Notes under the pieces: generated by a model
The model's database searches: none
The model's input: the letters and a program-made list of their open reading frames with translations, nothing else
What the model was told of the DNA's origin: nothing
Made by a program: the position numbers and the translations under genes
NCBI GenBank assembly: GCA_005768755.1
Contig: VAFL01000004.1
Coordinates: 189,894-253,893, forward strand
Reading direction: 5' to 3'
Length of the DNA: 64,000 nucleotides
Origin: Paracoccus denitrificans
Lineage (GTDB): Bacteria > Pseudomonadota > Alphaproteobacteria > Rhodobacterales > Rhodobacteraceae
In this document: positions 31,550 through 42,577 of the stretch, in pieces
Layout: each line of letters begins with the position of its first letter
Numbering within the stretch: the stretch's first letter is position 1

Positions 31550-32437
31550 ATGATTGACCCGAAGATGACATTGATCCGCAAAGCCGCCGTATTTTTTGCC
31601 GTTCTGACATTGGCTGTGCTGCTGGGCAGTTATGGTGGCAGGCTTCATCCGCTTGGCGATTCACTGGCCGTATTTCGTCCGGTGTTCGCGGTGCTTCTGT
31701 TGGCCCTGTCTTTCGCCCTGACAGGCGCGGGCCGATACGTCCTGCTGGCGGTGGCGCTTCTGGCGTTGTTACCGATCCTTTGGCTGGCACGGCCTGTCGC
31801 TGTGGCCGATCCCACGATCACGGTCTACCAGAAGAACCTTCTGTTCCGGCGAGGCGATCCGTCCGACCTGATCGCAGATTTTCGCGCCTCGGGCGCCGAT
31901 GTGATCCTGCTGGAAGAACTCAGCGATGCGAACCTGCCGATCCCGAAGGCTTTGATTGACAGTCATCCGCACCAGCTGATCTGTCGCGCGCACACTGTGG
32001 GCGCGGTGGCCATCTTGTCAGTGCATCCGCTGTCGGATCCCTATTGCCGCGAGGGGTCGGGCTATGCCATCGCGCGTGTCCAGCACCCGGCTGGTGCCTT
32101 CACGGCCGTGGCCATCCATCTGCACTGGCCATATCCTTTCGGGCAAGAGGCGCAGGTCAACCAGATCATGGCCGACATTGCAGGGGCATCGCGGCCGATG
32201 ATCCTTGGCGGCGATTTCAATATGGTGCCGTGGGCCGGCGCGCCACGCCGCATCGCCGCTGTGACCGATACGCGGATCGCGGGGCCGATCCGGCCGACCT
32301 TGTTCGTCAAGGGATACCCCTTGCCGATTGATCATGTCCTGACCGATACGCGAATGACAGCATCGGTAGAGCGCCGTGCCCAGTTCGGGTCTGATCATTA
32401 CGGCGTTCTGGCCCGTATCGGGCGCATAGCACGCTGA
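31550..32437 (+). CDS. Membrane-anchored endonuclease/exonuclease/phosphatase (EEP) family protein
   Basis: 295 aa. Three N-terminal TM segments followed by an EEP-like core (ILLEELSD ... GGDFNMVPW ... SDHYGV). Start may be ATG 31565. Confidence 0.75.
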   Translation: MIDPKMTLIRKAAVFFAVLTLAVLLGSYGGRLHPLGDSLAVFRPVFAVLLLALSFALTGAGRYVLLAVALLALLPILWLARPVAVADPTITVYQKNLLFRRGDPSDLIADFRASGADVILLEELSDANLPIPKALIDSHPHQLICRAHTVGAVAILSVHPLSDPYCREGSGYAIARVQHPAGAFTAVAIHLHWPYPFGQEAQVNQIMADIAGASRPMILGGDFNMVPWAGAPRRIAAVTDTRIAGPIRPTLFVKGYPLPIDHVLTDTRMTASVERRAQFGSDHYGVLARIGRIAR

Positions 32438-32480
32438 GCGTGGCTTTCCTTCCCGTGCTGCGCGCGCTAGGCATCAGCGC

Positions 32481-34013
32481 ATGAATCTGCCCGTATTCTC
32501 TCCTGACCAGGCCGAGGCCTGGGATGCCCTGTCCGAGGTGCTGGCAACTTCCGGCATCGACCTGACGGCTGAAGAAATCCTGCCACCCAAGAACGGAAAG
32601 TCGCGGGTCATGGCCGTCATCGGCAAGGCGGGCTCTGGCAAGACGATGATTCTGGCTGCGCTGACCAAAGCCCTGCGCGAGGCGGGCGTTGATATCATCA
32701 GCGGCGATTATGAGGGCAAGAAGCGCAAGGACCGCCGGACCGTCGCGGTGCTTGCGCCGACCAACAAGGCGGCTTTCGTGCTGCGCATGCGTGGTGTGCC
32801 CGCGACCACGATCCACCGCATTCTTTATACGCCGGTCTACGATCCTGAATATGAAAAGATCGCGGATTGGTTGACCGGCACCGGTGCGCGCCCCGAGATC
32901 GAGGGCCTGACCGATGCAGCACTTGACCGTGCCAAGGCGTTCTACGACATCCACGCCTCGATCCCGGGTGCGCTGGCAGCGGCGGGGCTGCGCGGCTCGG
33001 ATTTCATCAAGGGCTGGAAGCGGCGCGAGGATGGGCTGGATATCGGACTGATCGACGAAAGTTCGATGCTGGATGAACGCCAATTGGAAGATCTCCGAGA
33101 GATTTTTCCCGTGCTGCTGCTGTTCGGCGATCCGGCACAGCTGGCGCCGGTCGGGCAGTCGGGGGCGATGGTTTTCGACAAGCTGCCGGCGCCGCAGCGC
33201 CTTGTTCTCAATCGCATTCACCGACAGGCAGGCGACAGCCCGATCCTGGATCTGGCACATGCGCTTGCTGACGAAAGCCTTGATTTCAATGGGTTTGAGC
33301 GCATGGTCCGCGACGCTGCAGCCCGTGATCCGCGCGTGGTCTGGTCTGAACGTGTCGAATCCGATCTGATGGCGCGCAGCCCGGTTCTGGTCTGGCGGAA
33401 CGCCACGCGCATTCGCCTGATTACCGCGTTCCGCGCGGCCTACGGCGCGCCCGGCGATCAGCTTCTGCCCGGAGAGCCGCTGATCTGCGACGGGCTGGAA
33501 CTGCCGGTCAAGCACCGTGCCAAGCGGATCGATCTGGAAGCGAGGGGACTGATCAAGGGCGCCCAGGTGATCTATCTGGGGCCGGGTAAAAAGCCGGGCT
33601 TTTCGCGCCTGCATGTGATCGGCGCGGAAGATCCGCGTCTGTCCGCGGCTTCGATCGTCAAGATCGAAACCCCGGATGAGGAGGAACCTTTCATCCCCTT
33701 TGCAGCCCGCATGGGGGCAAGTTTCTTGCATGGCGCGGCGGTCACGATCCACAAGGCGCAGGGGTCGCAATGGCCCGACGTGCAGGTATTCGGCCCGGAT
33801 ATCAGCGCTGCGGCATGGTCGGGGCGCAACGAGGCAGGCATCCCCCTGTGGAAACGCCTGACCTATGTTGCCATTACGCGTGCGCAGGAGCGGTTGCACT
33901 GGGTGACGCGGGCGCGACTGGCGCGGCCTTCGGGCGCGCTCAGCATCGAAGACCTTGCGGTGCCGACAGCGCCACTGGAACTCATGGCGACCGAGGAGGG
34001 CGCGTCTGGCTGA
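32481..34013 (+). CDS. SF1B (RecD/Pif1/Dda-like) DNA helicase
   Basis: 510 aa. Motifs I GKAGSGKT, Ia APTNKAA, II DESSM, III GDPAQLAPV, V/VI TIHKAQGSQW and YVAITRA. Confidence 0.85.
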   Translation: MNLPVFSPDQAEAWDALSEVLATSGIDLTAEEILPPKNGKSRVMAVIGKAGSGKTMILAALTKALREAGVDIISGDYEGKKRKDRRTVAVLAPTNKAAFVLRMRGVPATTIHRILYTPVYDPEYEKIADWLTGTGARPEIEGLTDAALDRAKAFYDIHASIPGALAAAGLRGSDFIKGWKRREDGLDIGLIDESSMLDERQLEDLREIFPVLLLFGDPAQLAPVGQSGAMVFDKLPAPQRLVLNRIHRQAGDSPILDLAHALADESLDFNGFERMVRDAAARDPRVVWSERVESDLMARSPVLVWRNATRIRLITAFRAAYGAPGDQLLPGEPLICDGLELPVKHRAKRIDLEARGLIKGAQVIYLGPGKKPGFSRLHVIGAEDPRLSAASIVKIETPDEEEPFIPFAARMGASFLHGAAVTIHKAQGSQWPDVQVFGPDISAAAWSGRNEAGIPLWKRLTYVAITRAQERLHWVTRARLARPSGALSIEDLAVPTAPLELMATEEGASG

Positions 34014-34048
34014 ATGTCAGTGACAAGTCTTGCGCGACACAGGTGCGA

Positions 34049-34849
34049 TCAGGACGCGCGCCTGGCGACGGCAGCGCCCTGCTGCAATGTCCTGATGCGC
34101 ATCTGCAGGCGTTCGGCAAGGGCTTCGCGCGGGATGCCGGTTTCCTTTGCCATGCGCATCAATCCGAACTGAACGCGCGCCAGTTCCTGATAATATCGTG
34201 CAAAGGTATAATTGATCGACGCGCCTGCCGCTGCGCCAAGAACCGGCACCACCTGTGCCCCGGCCTTAGTGATCAGGCGCGTGGCAATCTGGGGCGCGAA
34301 CTTGGTGATCAGGCCCTGCAAAGTCGCACCGCTTATGGCCATGCGCGTCGCCAGAAGGGCCGTATCCGTGCTGTCATCTTCGGCCAGTGGTCCCCCGGTC
34401 GCGAAAATGCGCAGTGCCTCGGCCCGGATCTCGTCGCTGTCGACGTCCAGACCGTGCTCATCGGCGATCTCAAGGATGGCGCGCTGCAGGATGGTCACTG
34501 TCACTGGAAGCTCGATCAGGGTACCGGCGATGCCGGCCGCGCCGCCAACCGCACCGGCGGCCGTGGTGCCAAGCCGGTTGAACCAGTCGCCGCGCCCTGA
34601 GACGAGCCTGCGCGAGGCCGAGGCCGCGCTGAACGAGCGTCGAAGCGCGGCGGCGACCGACCGGTCGATGCGGCCGCGCAAGAATGACGGGATCATGCTC
34701 ATCAGCTTTTCACCGCCATCGCCAAGCTTGTCGAGAATATCCATCGCAAGCCCGCGCGCATTGATATAGCGCCGGGCAAGCCGGTCGATTTCGTTCAACA
34801 CCGATTCATCCGTGATTGGCGGCAGAATGAATTGCTTAGCGTCTGCCAT
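34049..34849 (-). CDS. EcsC-family protein
   Basis: Track ORF trimmed to MADAKQFILPP (266 aa). Composition and layout resemble EcsC-family proteins. Call is from memory. Confidence 0.65.
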   Translation of the reverse strand: MADAKQFILPPITDESVLNEIDRLARRYINARGLAMDILDKLGDGGEKLMSMIPSFLRGRIDRSVAAALRRSFSAASASRRLVSGRGDWFNRLGTTAAGAVGGAAGIAGTLIELPVTVTILQRAILEIADEHGLDVDSDEIRAEALRIFATGGPLAEDDSTDTALLATRMAISGATLQGLITKFAPQIATRLITKAGAQVVPVLGAAAGASINYTFARYYQELARVQFGLMRMAKETGIPREALAERLQMRIRTLQQGAAVARRAS

Positions 34850-35408
34850 CCGGCGCATCCTTTCGCGGTTCAACCTCCTGACAGTTGTCAGGATCGGAAG
34901 CACCATCATGCGCAGGGGCGACTTCCGGATCGGTTTCGCGCATGACCAGCCCCGTCACATCAACCCACGCGCCGGGCTGAAGTTCCAGCCCAAGCACGCG
35001 TTCGGGATTGGTGGGCGGTGGCATTTCAACGGCGCCCAGCTTTGCGAAACCGAAGCGCGAATAATACGGCGCGTCACCCACCAGCATGACCCTGGCCCAA
35101 CCGATATCGCGGGCCCGCGACAGACTTTCCTGAATCAGCCACGCGCCCAGCCCTTCGCCCTGGGCAGTCGGGTGGACGGCGACCGGTCCCAGCAGCAGCA
35201 CGGGCCGGCCCGCGACCCTGACAGGCCAGAAGCGGATCGCGGCCCGTAAAGTGCCATCCTCGCGCAGCAGCAGGCACAGATCTGGGACCGGGTCCACGCC
35301 GTCGCGCAGGCGATATGACGACAGGGCCGTGCGGCCGGGTGCAAAACACAGATCCATCAGGGCCTCGACGTCGTGCCAGTCCTCGGGCTGTTCTTCGCAA
35401 AGCTGCAC
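34836..35408 (-). CDS. GNAT N-acetyltransferase
   Basis: Track ORF 34836..35534 trimmed to the GTG at 35408, which is preceded by a GGAAGGAAG SD. VAVHPTAQGEGLGAWL acetyl-CoA motif. The 3' end overlaps the EcsC start by 14 nt. Start uncertain. Confidence 0.7.
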   Translation of the reverse strand: MQLCEEQPEDWHDVEALMDLCFAPGRTALSSYRLRDGVDPVPDLCLLLREDGTLRAAIRFWPVRVAGRPVLLLGPVAVHPTAQGEGLGAWLIQESLSRARDIGWARVMLVGDAPYYSRFGFAKLGAVEMPPPTNPERVLGLELQPGAWVDVTGLVMRETDPEVAPAHDGASDPDNCQEVEPRKDAPDGRR

Positions 35409-35532
35409 CTGTCTTCCTTCCACATTCGGCTGAATGGCGGCGTGATGCGTAGCACGTCGCGCGGCAGTTGCAAGAATGGGGTGGACGACCGAACCGTGCA
35501 GGGGCAGGATGCCCGCCGCATCAGGAGGCGTC

Positions 35533-36132
35533 ATGTTCTATCGACCCGAAGCCGGCCATGGCCTGCCGCATAACCCCTTCAACGCCATTGTCGCGCCCCG
35601 GCCAATCGGCTGGATTTCGACGCGCGGCGCGGACGGTGACAATCTGGCACCTTACAGTTTCTTCAATGCCATCGCCTATCTGCCGCCACAGGTGATGTTC
35701 GCCTCGACCAGTTCGAAGCCTGACAGGCAGGGGATGAAGGATTCTCTGGCCCATATTGCCGAAACGGGCGTGTTCTGCGTCAATATCCCGTCAGCTGCGC
35801 TGATCGACAAGATGAACGCGTCAAGCGCGCCACTGCCGGCGGGCGTCAGTGAGTTTCAGGCCGCCGGGATCGGTGCGGCCGAATGCACCACCATCGATTG
35901 CCCGCGCGTCGCGGATGCGCCGGCCGCGCTGGAATGTCGCGCGACACTGGTCCAGCGGTTGCCGGGCGAGGCAAACTGGCTGGTCATCGGGACGGTGACC
36001 GGCGTTCATCTTCGCGATGACTGCATCATCGACGGCAGGTTCGACCTTTCGCGCGACGGGTGGCTGGCGCGCATGGGCTATCGCGATTATGCCGCCGTCC
36101 ACGATCTGTTTGAACTGGAGCGCCCGGAATGA
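35533..36132 (+). CDS. Flavin reductase family protein
   Basis: Track ORF trimmed to ATG 35533 with an AGGAGG SD (199 aa). [11 protein letters not shown]...[10 protein letters not shown] motif. Confidence 0.85.
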   Translation: MFYRPEAGHGLPHNPFNAIVAPRPIGWISTRGADGDNLAPYSFFNAIAYLPPQVMFASTSSKPDRQGMKDSLAHIAETGVFCVNIPSAALIDKMNASSAPLPAGVSEFQAAGIGAAECTTIDCPRVADAPAALECRATLVQRLPGEANWLVIGTVTGVHLRDDCIIDGRFDLSRDGWLARMGYRDYAAVHDLFELERPE

Positions 36133-36665
36133 CGCAGAAGACCGTCAAGGATTACATCCGCAGCATTTATGATTTCCCGCATGAGGGGATCATCTTCCGG
36201 GATGTGACCACATTGTTTGCCGACGCGCGCGGTTTTCGCATGACGGTCGACCAGATCCTGCATGGCTATGCGGGTCAGAAAATCGACAAGGTCGTTGGGC
36301 TGGAAGCGCGGGGCTTCATCCTTGGCGGCGCGGTGGCCCATCAGCTGTCCACAGGTTTCGTGCCGATCCGCAAGAAGGGCAAGCTGCCCGGCGCAGTCAT
36401 TTCCGAGGCATATGAACTGGAATATGGCGAGGCGGTGATGGAAATTCACGACGACGCCCTGAAGCCCGGCGAACGGGTGCTTGTCGTCGATGACCTTCTG
36501 GCGACCGGCGGCACCGCCGAAGCCGGCATCAAGCTTTGTCGCCGTCTGGGGGCGGACGTGATCGGATGTGCTTTCGTGATCGATCTGCCGGATCTGGGCG
36601 GGCGCAAGCGGCTGGAGGCGATGGGGATGCCCGTTCATGCCCTTTGCGAGTTCGAGGGTGCCTGA
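36129..36665 (+). CDS. apt: Adenine phosphoribosyltransferase
   Basis: 178 aa. PRPP motif [14 protein letters not shown]. 4-nt overlap with the upstream gene. Confidence 0.94.
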   Translation: MTQKTVKDYIRSIYDFPHEGIIFRDVTTLFADARGFRMTVDQILHGYAGQKIDKVVGLEARGFILGGAVAHQLSTGFVPIRKKGKLPGAVISEAYELEYGEAVMEIHDDALKPGERVLVVDDLLATGGTAEAGIKLCRRLGADVIGCAFVIDLPDLGGRKRLEAMGMPVHALCEFEGA

Positions 36666-37557
36666 GACGCGGCACATCGCCAGCGACGACCGCGCCAACC
36701 GGATCGGCAGTGCCTGGATGGTGACGGCCATGGCTGTCTTCGCCGTCGAGGACGCGCTGATCAAGGCTGCCGCAAAAACCCTGCCCACCGCCGAAGCGCT
36801 GATGCTGTTCGGTCTTGGCGGGGCGCTGGTGTTCGGGATCTGGGCGATTGCGACCGGGCAACGCCTGATCTCGGCGGATGTCCTGTCACGCACGATGCAG
36901 CTGCGCTTCCTGTTCGAGGTGGCGGGCCGGCTTTTCTATGTCCTGGCGATCACGCTGACGCCGCTGTCGTCGGCGACTGTGATCTTGCAGGCAACGCCAC
37001 TTGTGGTGGTCGCAAGTGCCGCATTGGTCTTTGGCGAAAAGGTGGGGCCAAGGCGCTGGCTGGCGATCCTGATCGGGCTGATCGGTGTGGTCATCATCAT
37101 CGGACCGGGGACGGACAGCTTTTCGGCGCTGTCGGTACTGGCGGTGATCGGGATGCTGGGCTTTGCCGGGCGCGATCTGGCCAGCCGGGCGGCCCCAAAG
37201 GGGCTGGGCACGGCAGTTCTGGGCTTTTACGGCTTCGTCGCGATCATCGTCGCGGGGGGGCTGTATGCATTTTGGGAAGAAACCGTTTTCGTGACGCCCG
37301 GCGCCTCTGCCGCGGTTGCGCTTCTGGGGGCGGTGCTGGCGGGTGTGGGCGCTTATTCCTGCCTGATGAAGGCGATGCGCACGGGCGAGGTGTCGGCGGT
37401 CACCCCGTTTCGTTATTCGCGCCTGTTGTTCGGGATCGCGCTTGGCGTCCTGTTCTTTGGCGAATCGCTGAGTGTGGCGATGATCATGGGTTCGGCCCTG
37501 ATCGTGCTTTCAGGACTGTTCATTCTTTGGCGCGGCAAACAATTGCAGCAGGACTGA
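36658..37557 (+). CDS. DMT (EamA-like) family transporter
   Basis: Track ORF 36637..37557. I prefer the GTG at 36658, which overlaps the apt stop. Ten predicted TM segments. Start uncertain. Confidence 0.8.
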   Translation: MPETRHIASDDRANRIGSAWMVTAMAVFAVEDALIKAAAKTLPTAEALMLFGLGGALVFGIWAIATGQRLISADVLSRTMQLRFLFEVAGRLFYVLAITLTPLSSATVILQATPLVVVASAALVFGEKVGPRRWLAILIGLIGVVIIIGPGTDSFSALSVLAVIGMLGFAGRDLASRAAPKGLGTAVLGFYGFVAIIVAGGLYAFWEETVFVTPGASAAVALLGAVLAGVGAYSCLMKAMRTGEVSAVTPFRYSRLLFGIALGVLFFGESLSVAMIMGSALIVLSGLFILWRGKQLQQD

Positions 37558-37668
37558 CAGGTTCGGTCGAGCCGGGGTTGTTGGCGGCGGCGAAATCGCC
37601 TTTCCTGCCCGAAAGCCCGACTGCGCAGCGCGTCCAGCGAACAGGCCATCACCTGAAAGGACCAGAAA

Positions 37669-38976
37669 ATGCGATTCTCTGTTAAAAGCATTATTTTTAC
37701 CGGATTTCTTGCCGCGACATTACCCGCCTTTGCCCAGGATGCGACAGAAGCTGGGGCCGGTCAGGGTGGCCCTGCCGTCAACTCGACAGTGTTCCGGTCC
37801 GAACATATCAGTGCCGTCACCTCGATCACCGAGGTTTTCGGACGCAGCCAGCGGCTGACGGCGGTCGTTCTGGAATACGATGTTCCGGTTGCGAATGACG
37901 GCGTGTCACCCGCGCAATTCAGCGTCACGGATCGCAATATCCTGCGCGCTTATACCAATGACAGCGCGGCAAAGGACGCGACAGGTCGCGATGGTCGCTT
38001 CGTGGTGCTGGAACTTGACCCGAATGATGCGGGCGCGGCTGTCTACGCGCCGGGCGTGGACGAACCGGCGCAGGCCGTGGTGTCGCAGGTTCAGCCCGTG
38101 AAGGCAGTGGATGGCAACAGCCTTGCTGCGACCGAAACAGCCCTGATCAACACGCGCCAGCAGAACCTGATCGTCGATGATTTCCGGCAGTTCCGCTTCA
38201 CCGATCCCGAAACCGGGCTGATCCTGAACTATAACCTGTTCATTCCGGCGGATCATGACGCATCGCAGAAGTTTCCGCTGGTGCTGTTCATGCATGACGC
38301 CGGTGTGACCGGCACCAATCCGCTGCGGACGTTGGAACAGGGGCTTGGCGCGGTGTCCTTCGCCAGTCCAGAGGATCAGGCAAAGCACCCATCTTTCGTG
38401 CTGGCCCCGCAATATCCGGTCAATCTTGCCAATGACGCCTCTGAAACCTCGGTCTATGCCGATATCACGGTGCGGCTGATCGCGGCGCTGCAGCAGGAAT
38501 ACAGCATCGATCCAGACCGGATCTACACGACCGGGCAGTCGGGCGGCTGCATGACGTCGATCGCGCTGAATATCAAATATCCCGATCTGTTCGCGGCCTC
38601 GCTTCTGGTGGCCGGGCAATGGGATACGTCTGTCGTCGCGCCGCTGGCTGACAAGAACATCTTCGCGATCGTGTCGCAGGATGACAGCAAGGCTTATCCC
38701 GGCATGTCTGCCATCATGGACGTGCTGGAACAGAACGGCGCGAATGTGACCCGTGCCGAGTGGAACGGGCGGGCCTCGCAGGACGAATTTGCCGAGGCCG
38801 TTGCAGCGATCCGTGCGGCCGGGCCGGACAGCAATGCATATTTCGTTGCATTCGAGAAAGGGACCGTCATTCCGGAGGGCGAAAGCAGTGAAGGCGGCGC
38901 AGGGCACGTGAACACCTGGCCCATCGCCTACGCCATCCCCGGCGTACGCGACTGGCTGTTCGAACAATCCAGATAG
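37669..38976 (+). CDS. Secreted alpha/beta-hydrolase esterase (carboxylesterase / PHB-depolymerase-like)
   Basis: 435 aa. Signal peptide ending PAFA|QD, an N-terminal beta-rich domain, then LVLFMHDAG and the nucleophile elbow GQSGG. Confidence 0.8.
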   Translation: MRFSVKSIIFTGFLAATLPAFAQDATEAGAGQGGPAVNSTVFRSEHISAVTSITEVFGRSQRLTAVVLEYDVPVANDGVSPAQFSVTDRNILRAYTNDSAAKDATGRDGRFVVLELDPNDAGAAVYAPGVDEPAQAVVSQVQPVKAVDGNSLAATETALINTRQQNLIVDDFRQFRFTDPETGLILNYNLFIPADHDASQKFPLVLFMHDAGVTGTNPLRTLEQGLGAVSFASPEDQAKHPSFVLAPQYPVNLANDASETSVYADITVRLIAALQQEYSIDPDRIYTTGQSGGCMTSIALNIKYPDLFAASLLVAGQWDTSVVAPLADKNIFAIVSQDDSKAYPGMSAIMDVLEQNGANVTRAEWNGRASQDEFAEAVAAIRAAGPDSNAYFVAFEKGTVIPEGESSEGGAGHVNTWPIAYAIPGVRDWLFEQSR

Positions 38977-38979
38977 CCG

Positions 38980-39334
38980 GGAAGACGTGCTGAAACAGGG
39001 TCGAAACAGACCCGATCATCAGGACGAAGCTTGCCAGCACAAATCTCGATAACAGCGCGGCAATGCCCGGCCACCTTATGGCGCTTACCAGATTTGCTGT
39101 CTGCGCGACGGCCAGCATCGGCAACCCGGCATGTCACGCGAGGCTGAAGAGCCATGCCGAACGGTTCAGATGTGCTGCACTTCTGCCATCCCGAAAGTCG
39201 GAAAAAGCCCGATGCGAGCGGTGACATGAACCAGAAGAAGGCGGAAAGTGCGGGCGCCTGCATCACCAGGATCAGCCAGACCCATGGCAGAACAGGACGA
39301 AGTTCCGCCGTTTGCTGGTCCGGTGGTGCTGCGC
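38980..39334 (-). pseudogene. Possible frameshifted remnant of a membrane-protein gene
   Basis: Two minus-strand frames carry TM-like stretches (LPWVWLILVMQAPALSAFFWFMSPLASGFF, then PMLAVAQTANLVSAIRWPGIAALLSRFVLASFVLMIGSV). They would join with one frameshift near 39130. No intact ORF fits the 358-bp gap. Confidence 0.25.
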
Positions 39335-40963
39335 TTATGGAACGTCGATCTTGCCACGCAGCGGCACATCGGCATGAGAGGCCGCGTCGTGACGCTCGAT
39401 CAGGCGATGCACGGGTGGGTCGCCCTCGCCCTGATGCAGGCGGTGAAGAGCCTCGGTCACCGCAGTATCTGTGACGGTGCGGCGGCTGTTATGGCGGATG
39501 TAATCGTCCCATGTGGCGATGTGATAGCTTTCCGACCAGTGATCAGGCTTTTCCAGATCGCGCAGCAAAACCCATGATCGCGCCCCGTCCCGGCGACGGA
39601 TATCGCGGCGTTTGACCATCAGCGACAGAAATTCGCGCGTGTCCTGTGGCGCGATGTGATAATCGACCATGACCATGATCGGTCCGGAACGCCCGCGCAG
39701 ATCAAGGCCCAGTTCCGGCTCTCGGAAACGGTTGGCGGGGGACAGGTCGGACTGGCTGAATTCCGGCATCGGCAGCGCGAAACCAAGCGCCGCTGCGCCC
39801 AGCAGTGCGATGCCCGCGCCGATCAGCGCCTGATCGACGCCCGACGCTTCGGCCACGGCGCCCCACAGCCACGCGCCTGCCGCCATGCCGCCGAAGGTGA
39901 CGGTCTGATACATTGCCAGCGCACGCGCCACGACCCATCGGGGCGTCGACAATTGCACAGTGACGTTGAACAGCGACAGCGTGACCACCCATGCCAACCC
40001 CGCCGGGAACATCGCCAGTGCGTGGATCCAGACGTTGTCGGTCAGCCCGACGATCATCAGCGCAAGGGCGAACAGCGTCATCGACAGCCGCACGACCCAT
40101 TCATTGTTGAACCGGGCCCGGATGCGGGTATTGGTCAGCGCCCCGATGATGGCGCCTGCGCCGAAGCAGCCCAGCAGGATGCCGAACAGAAGCGATCCGC
40201 CCTCGGGGTGGGATTTCGCGACCAGTGGCAGAAGTGCCATCAGCGCTGCGGCAGATAGGCCGAACGCGGCCGACCGGCTGAGAACGCGCACCAGATTCGG
40301 CGACAGCGCCACATAGCGCAGCCCCGCGCCAACGGCCGAAACGAATGGCTCACGCGCAATGGTGCGCGGCGGATAATCCGGCTTCCAGCGCAGCATCGCG
40401 ATCAGCAGCGGGATAAAGCTGAAGGCGTTGATGATGAAGCCCATCGCCGCGCCCCAGGCCGCGACGATCAGTCCTCCGGCCGCCGGCCCGACAGAGCGCA
40501 TGAGGTTGAAGCCAACGGAATTCAGCGTGACGGCCTGCGGCAAATCTTCGCGCGGGACCAGATCGCCCATGCTGGCCTGCCAGGGCGGGTTATACAGCGC
40601 CTGACCCATCCCGATCAGGAATGTGAGGGCCAGAAGCGACCAGGGCGTGATCGCGCCGTTCCACGCGACGAGGGCGAGCAGGACCGACATCAGCGCCATG
40701 AATGCGAGCGCTGCCAGCATGATCTGGCGACGGTCGAAAATATCTGCAAGCGCGCCCGACACCAAAGCGAACAGCATGATGGGCAGCGTGTTCGACGCCT
40801 GCACAAGTGCAATCAGTGTGGCATTGCTGGTCAGTTGGGTCATCAGCCATGCAGCGCTGACCGCTTGTACAAGGCCACCGAAATTCGACACCAGGGTCGC
40901 GGACCAAAGGGTCCGGAAGGCGGGGTGCCGGAACGGCGCGAAGGTCGAAGGATTTGCTGACAT
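39335..40963 (-). CDS. MFS transporter (MFS_3 / enterobactin-exporter-like) with cytoplasmic C-terminal domain
   Basis: Track ORF trimmed to MSANPSTFAPFRHPAFRTLW (542 aa). Twelve TM segments plus a soluble tail of about 130 aa. Confidence 0.85.
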   Translation of the reverse strand: MSANPSTFAPFRHPAFRTLWSATLVSNFGGLVQAVSAAWLMTQLTSNATLIALVQASNTLPIMLFALVSGALADIFDRRQIMLAALAFMALMSVLLALVAWNGAITPWSLLALTFLIGMGQALYNPPWQASMGDLVPREDLPQAVTLNSVGFNLMRSVGPAAGGLIVAAWGAAMGFIINAFSFIPLLIAMLRWKPDYPPRTIAREPFVSAVGAGLRYVALSPNLVRVLSRSAAFGLSAAALMALLPLVAKSHPEGGSLLFGILLGCFGAGAIIGALTNTRIRARFNNEWVVRLSMTLFALALMIVGLTDNVWIHALAMFPAGLAWVVTLSLFNVTVQLSTPRWVVARALAMYQTVTFGGMAAGAWLWGAVAEASGVDQALIGAGIALLGAAALGFALPMPEFSQSDLSPANRFREPELGLDLRGRSGPIMVMVDYHIAPQDTREFLSLMVKRRDIRRRDGARSWVLLRDLEKPDHWSESYHIATWDDYIRHNSRRTVTDTAVTEALHRLHQGEGDPPVHRLIERHDAASHADVPLRGKIDVP

Positions 40964-40988
40964 CGGCCGCAGTCTGCCCGGAACGACA

Positions 40989-41015
40989 AACCCCCGCAAG
41001 CGGCTTGCGGGGGTT
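40989..41015 (-). terminator. Rho-independent terminator downstream of the GlsB/YeaQ gene
   Basis: 12-bp stem AACCCCCGCAAG-CGG-CTTGCGGGGGTT followed by TTTGTCGTT on the minus strand. Confidence 0.8.
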
Positions 41016-41038
41016 CATGTTGTTGTTGGCCGGCTGGC

Positions 41039-41293
41039 TCAGGTTGCGCGGTTGATCAACCGCAGCAAGACCAGAAGGATCACCGCACCGATTGTTGCGT
41101 AAATGATCGAGCCGAGCCAGTTGCTGCCTTCACCCGAGCCCATGCCCAGGGCGGGAAACAGGAAGGACGCAATCAGCGCACCCACGATCCCGACAACGAT
41201 ATTGACCAGAACGCCCTGACCGTGACCTTTCACGATCTGGCCGGCCAGCCAGCCTGCGATTGCGCCAATAATGATCGCAACGACGATTTCCAT
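41039..41293 (-). CDS. GlsB/YeaQ/YmgE-family stress membrane protein
   Basis: 84 aa. GAIAGWLAGQIVKG motif and three TM helices. Confidence 0.88.
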   Translation of the reverse strand: MEIVVAIIIGAIAGWLAGQIVKGHGQGVLVNIVVGIVGALIASFLFPALGMGSGEGSNWLGSIIYATIGAVILLVLLRLINRAT

Positions 41294-41603
41294 ACTGTGT
41301 CTCCCTTTCAGTTGGTCCTGACAATTTCAGTCTAACGCCGAACGCCACTGCTTGCGAGGGGTTCCGCAGAACTGTAAAAATCTGAAACTGTTGCTTTTCG
41401 TGCCAGCATTTCGCGCAGGTCCGCCGTGACTGCAGTCGCCGGTCAAGCAGGGGCACCGATTGCGGCTGACGCGGCGGGGCGGGATTTTCGCTGACGGGAA
41501 TCGTACCTGCCCGAGTTGACCCTAATTCGCGGCAGGGATACATGGACATTAGCCCAACCCAAACGCAGCCACAGTCAGGCTGTGGCATAAGGGAGCCTGA
41601 AAA

Positions 41604-42574
<971 letters not shown>

Positions 42575-42577
42575 GCG

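Noticed and set aside
41294-41603. Structured RNA or regulator site upstream of nuoA (hairpin GCCACAG-TCAGG-CTGTGGC at ~41568-41586, repeated TTTCAGT/AACTGT words)
   Set aside because: These elements are short and could arise by chance. I recognised no FNR-type (TTGAT-N4-ATCAA) or other defined operator. The region is left as generic nuo promoter/5'-UTR.
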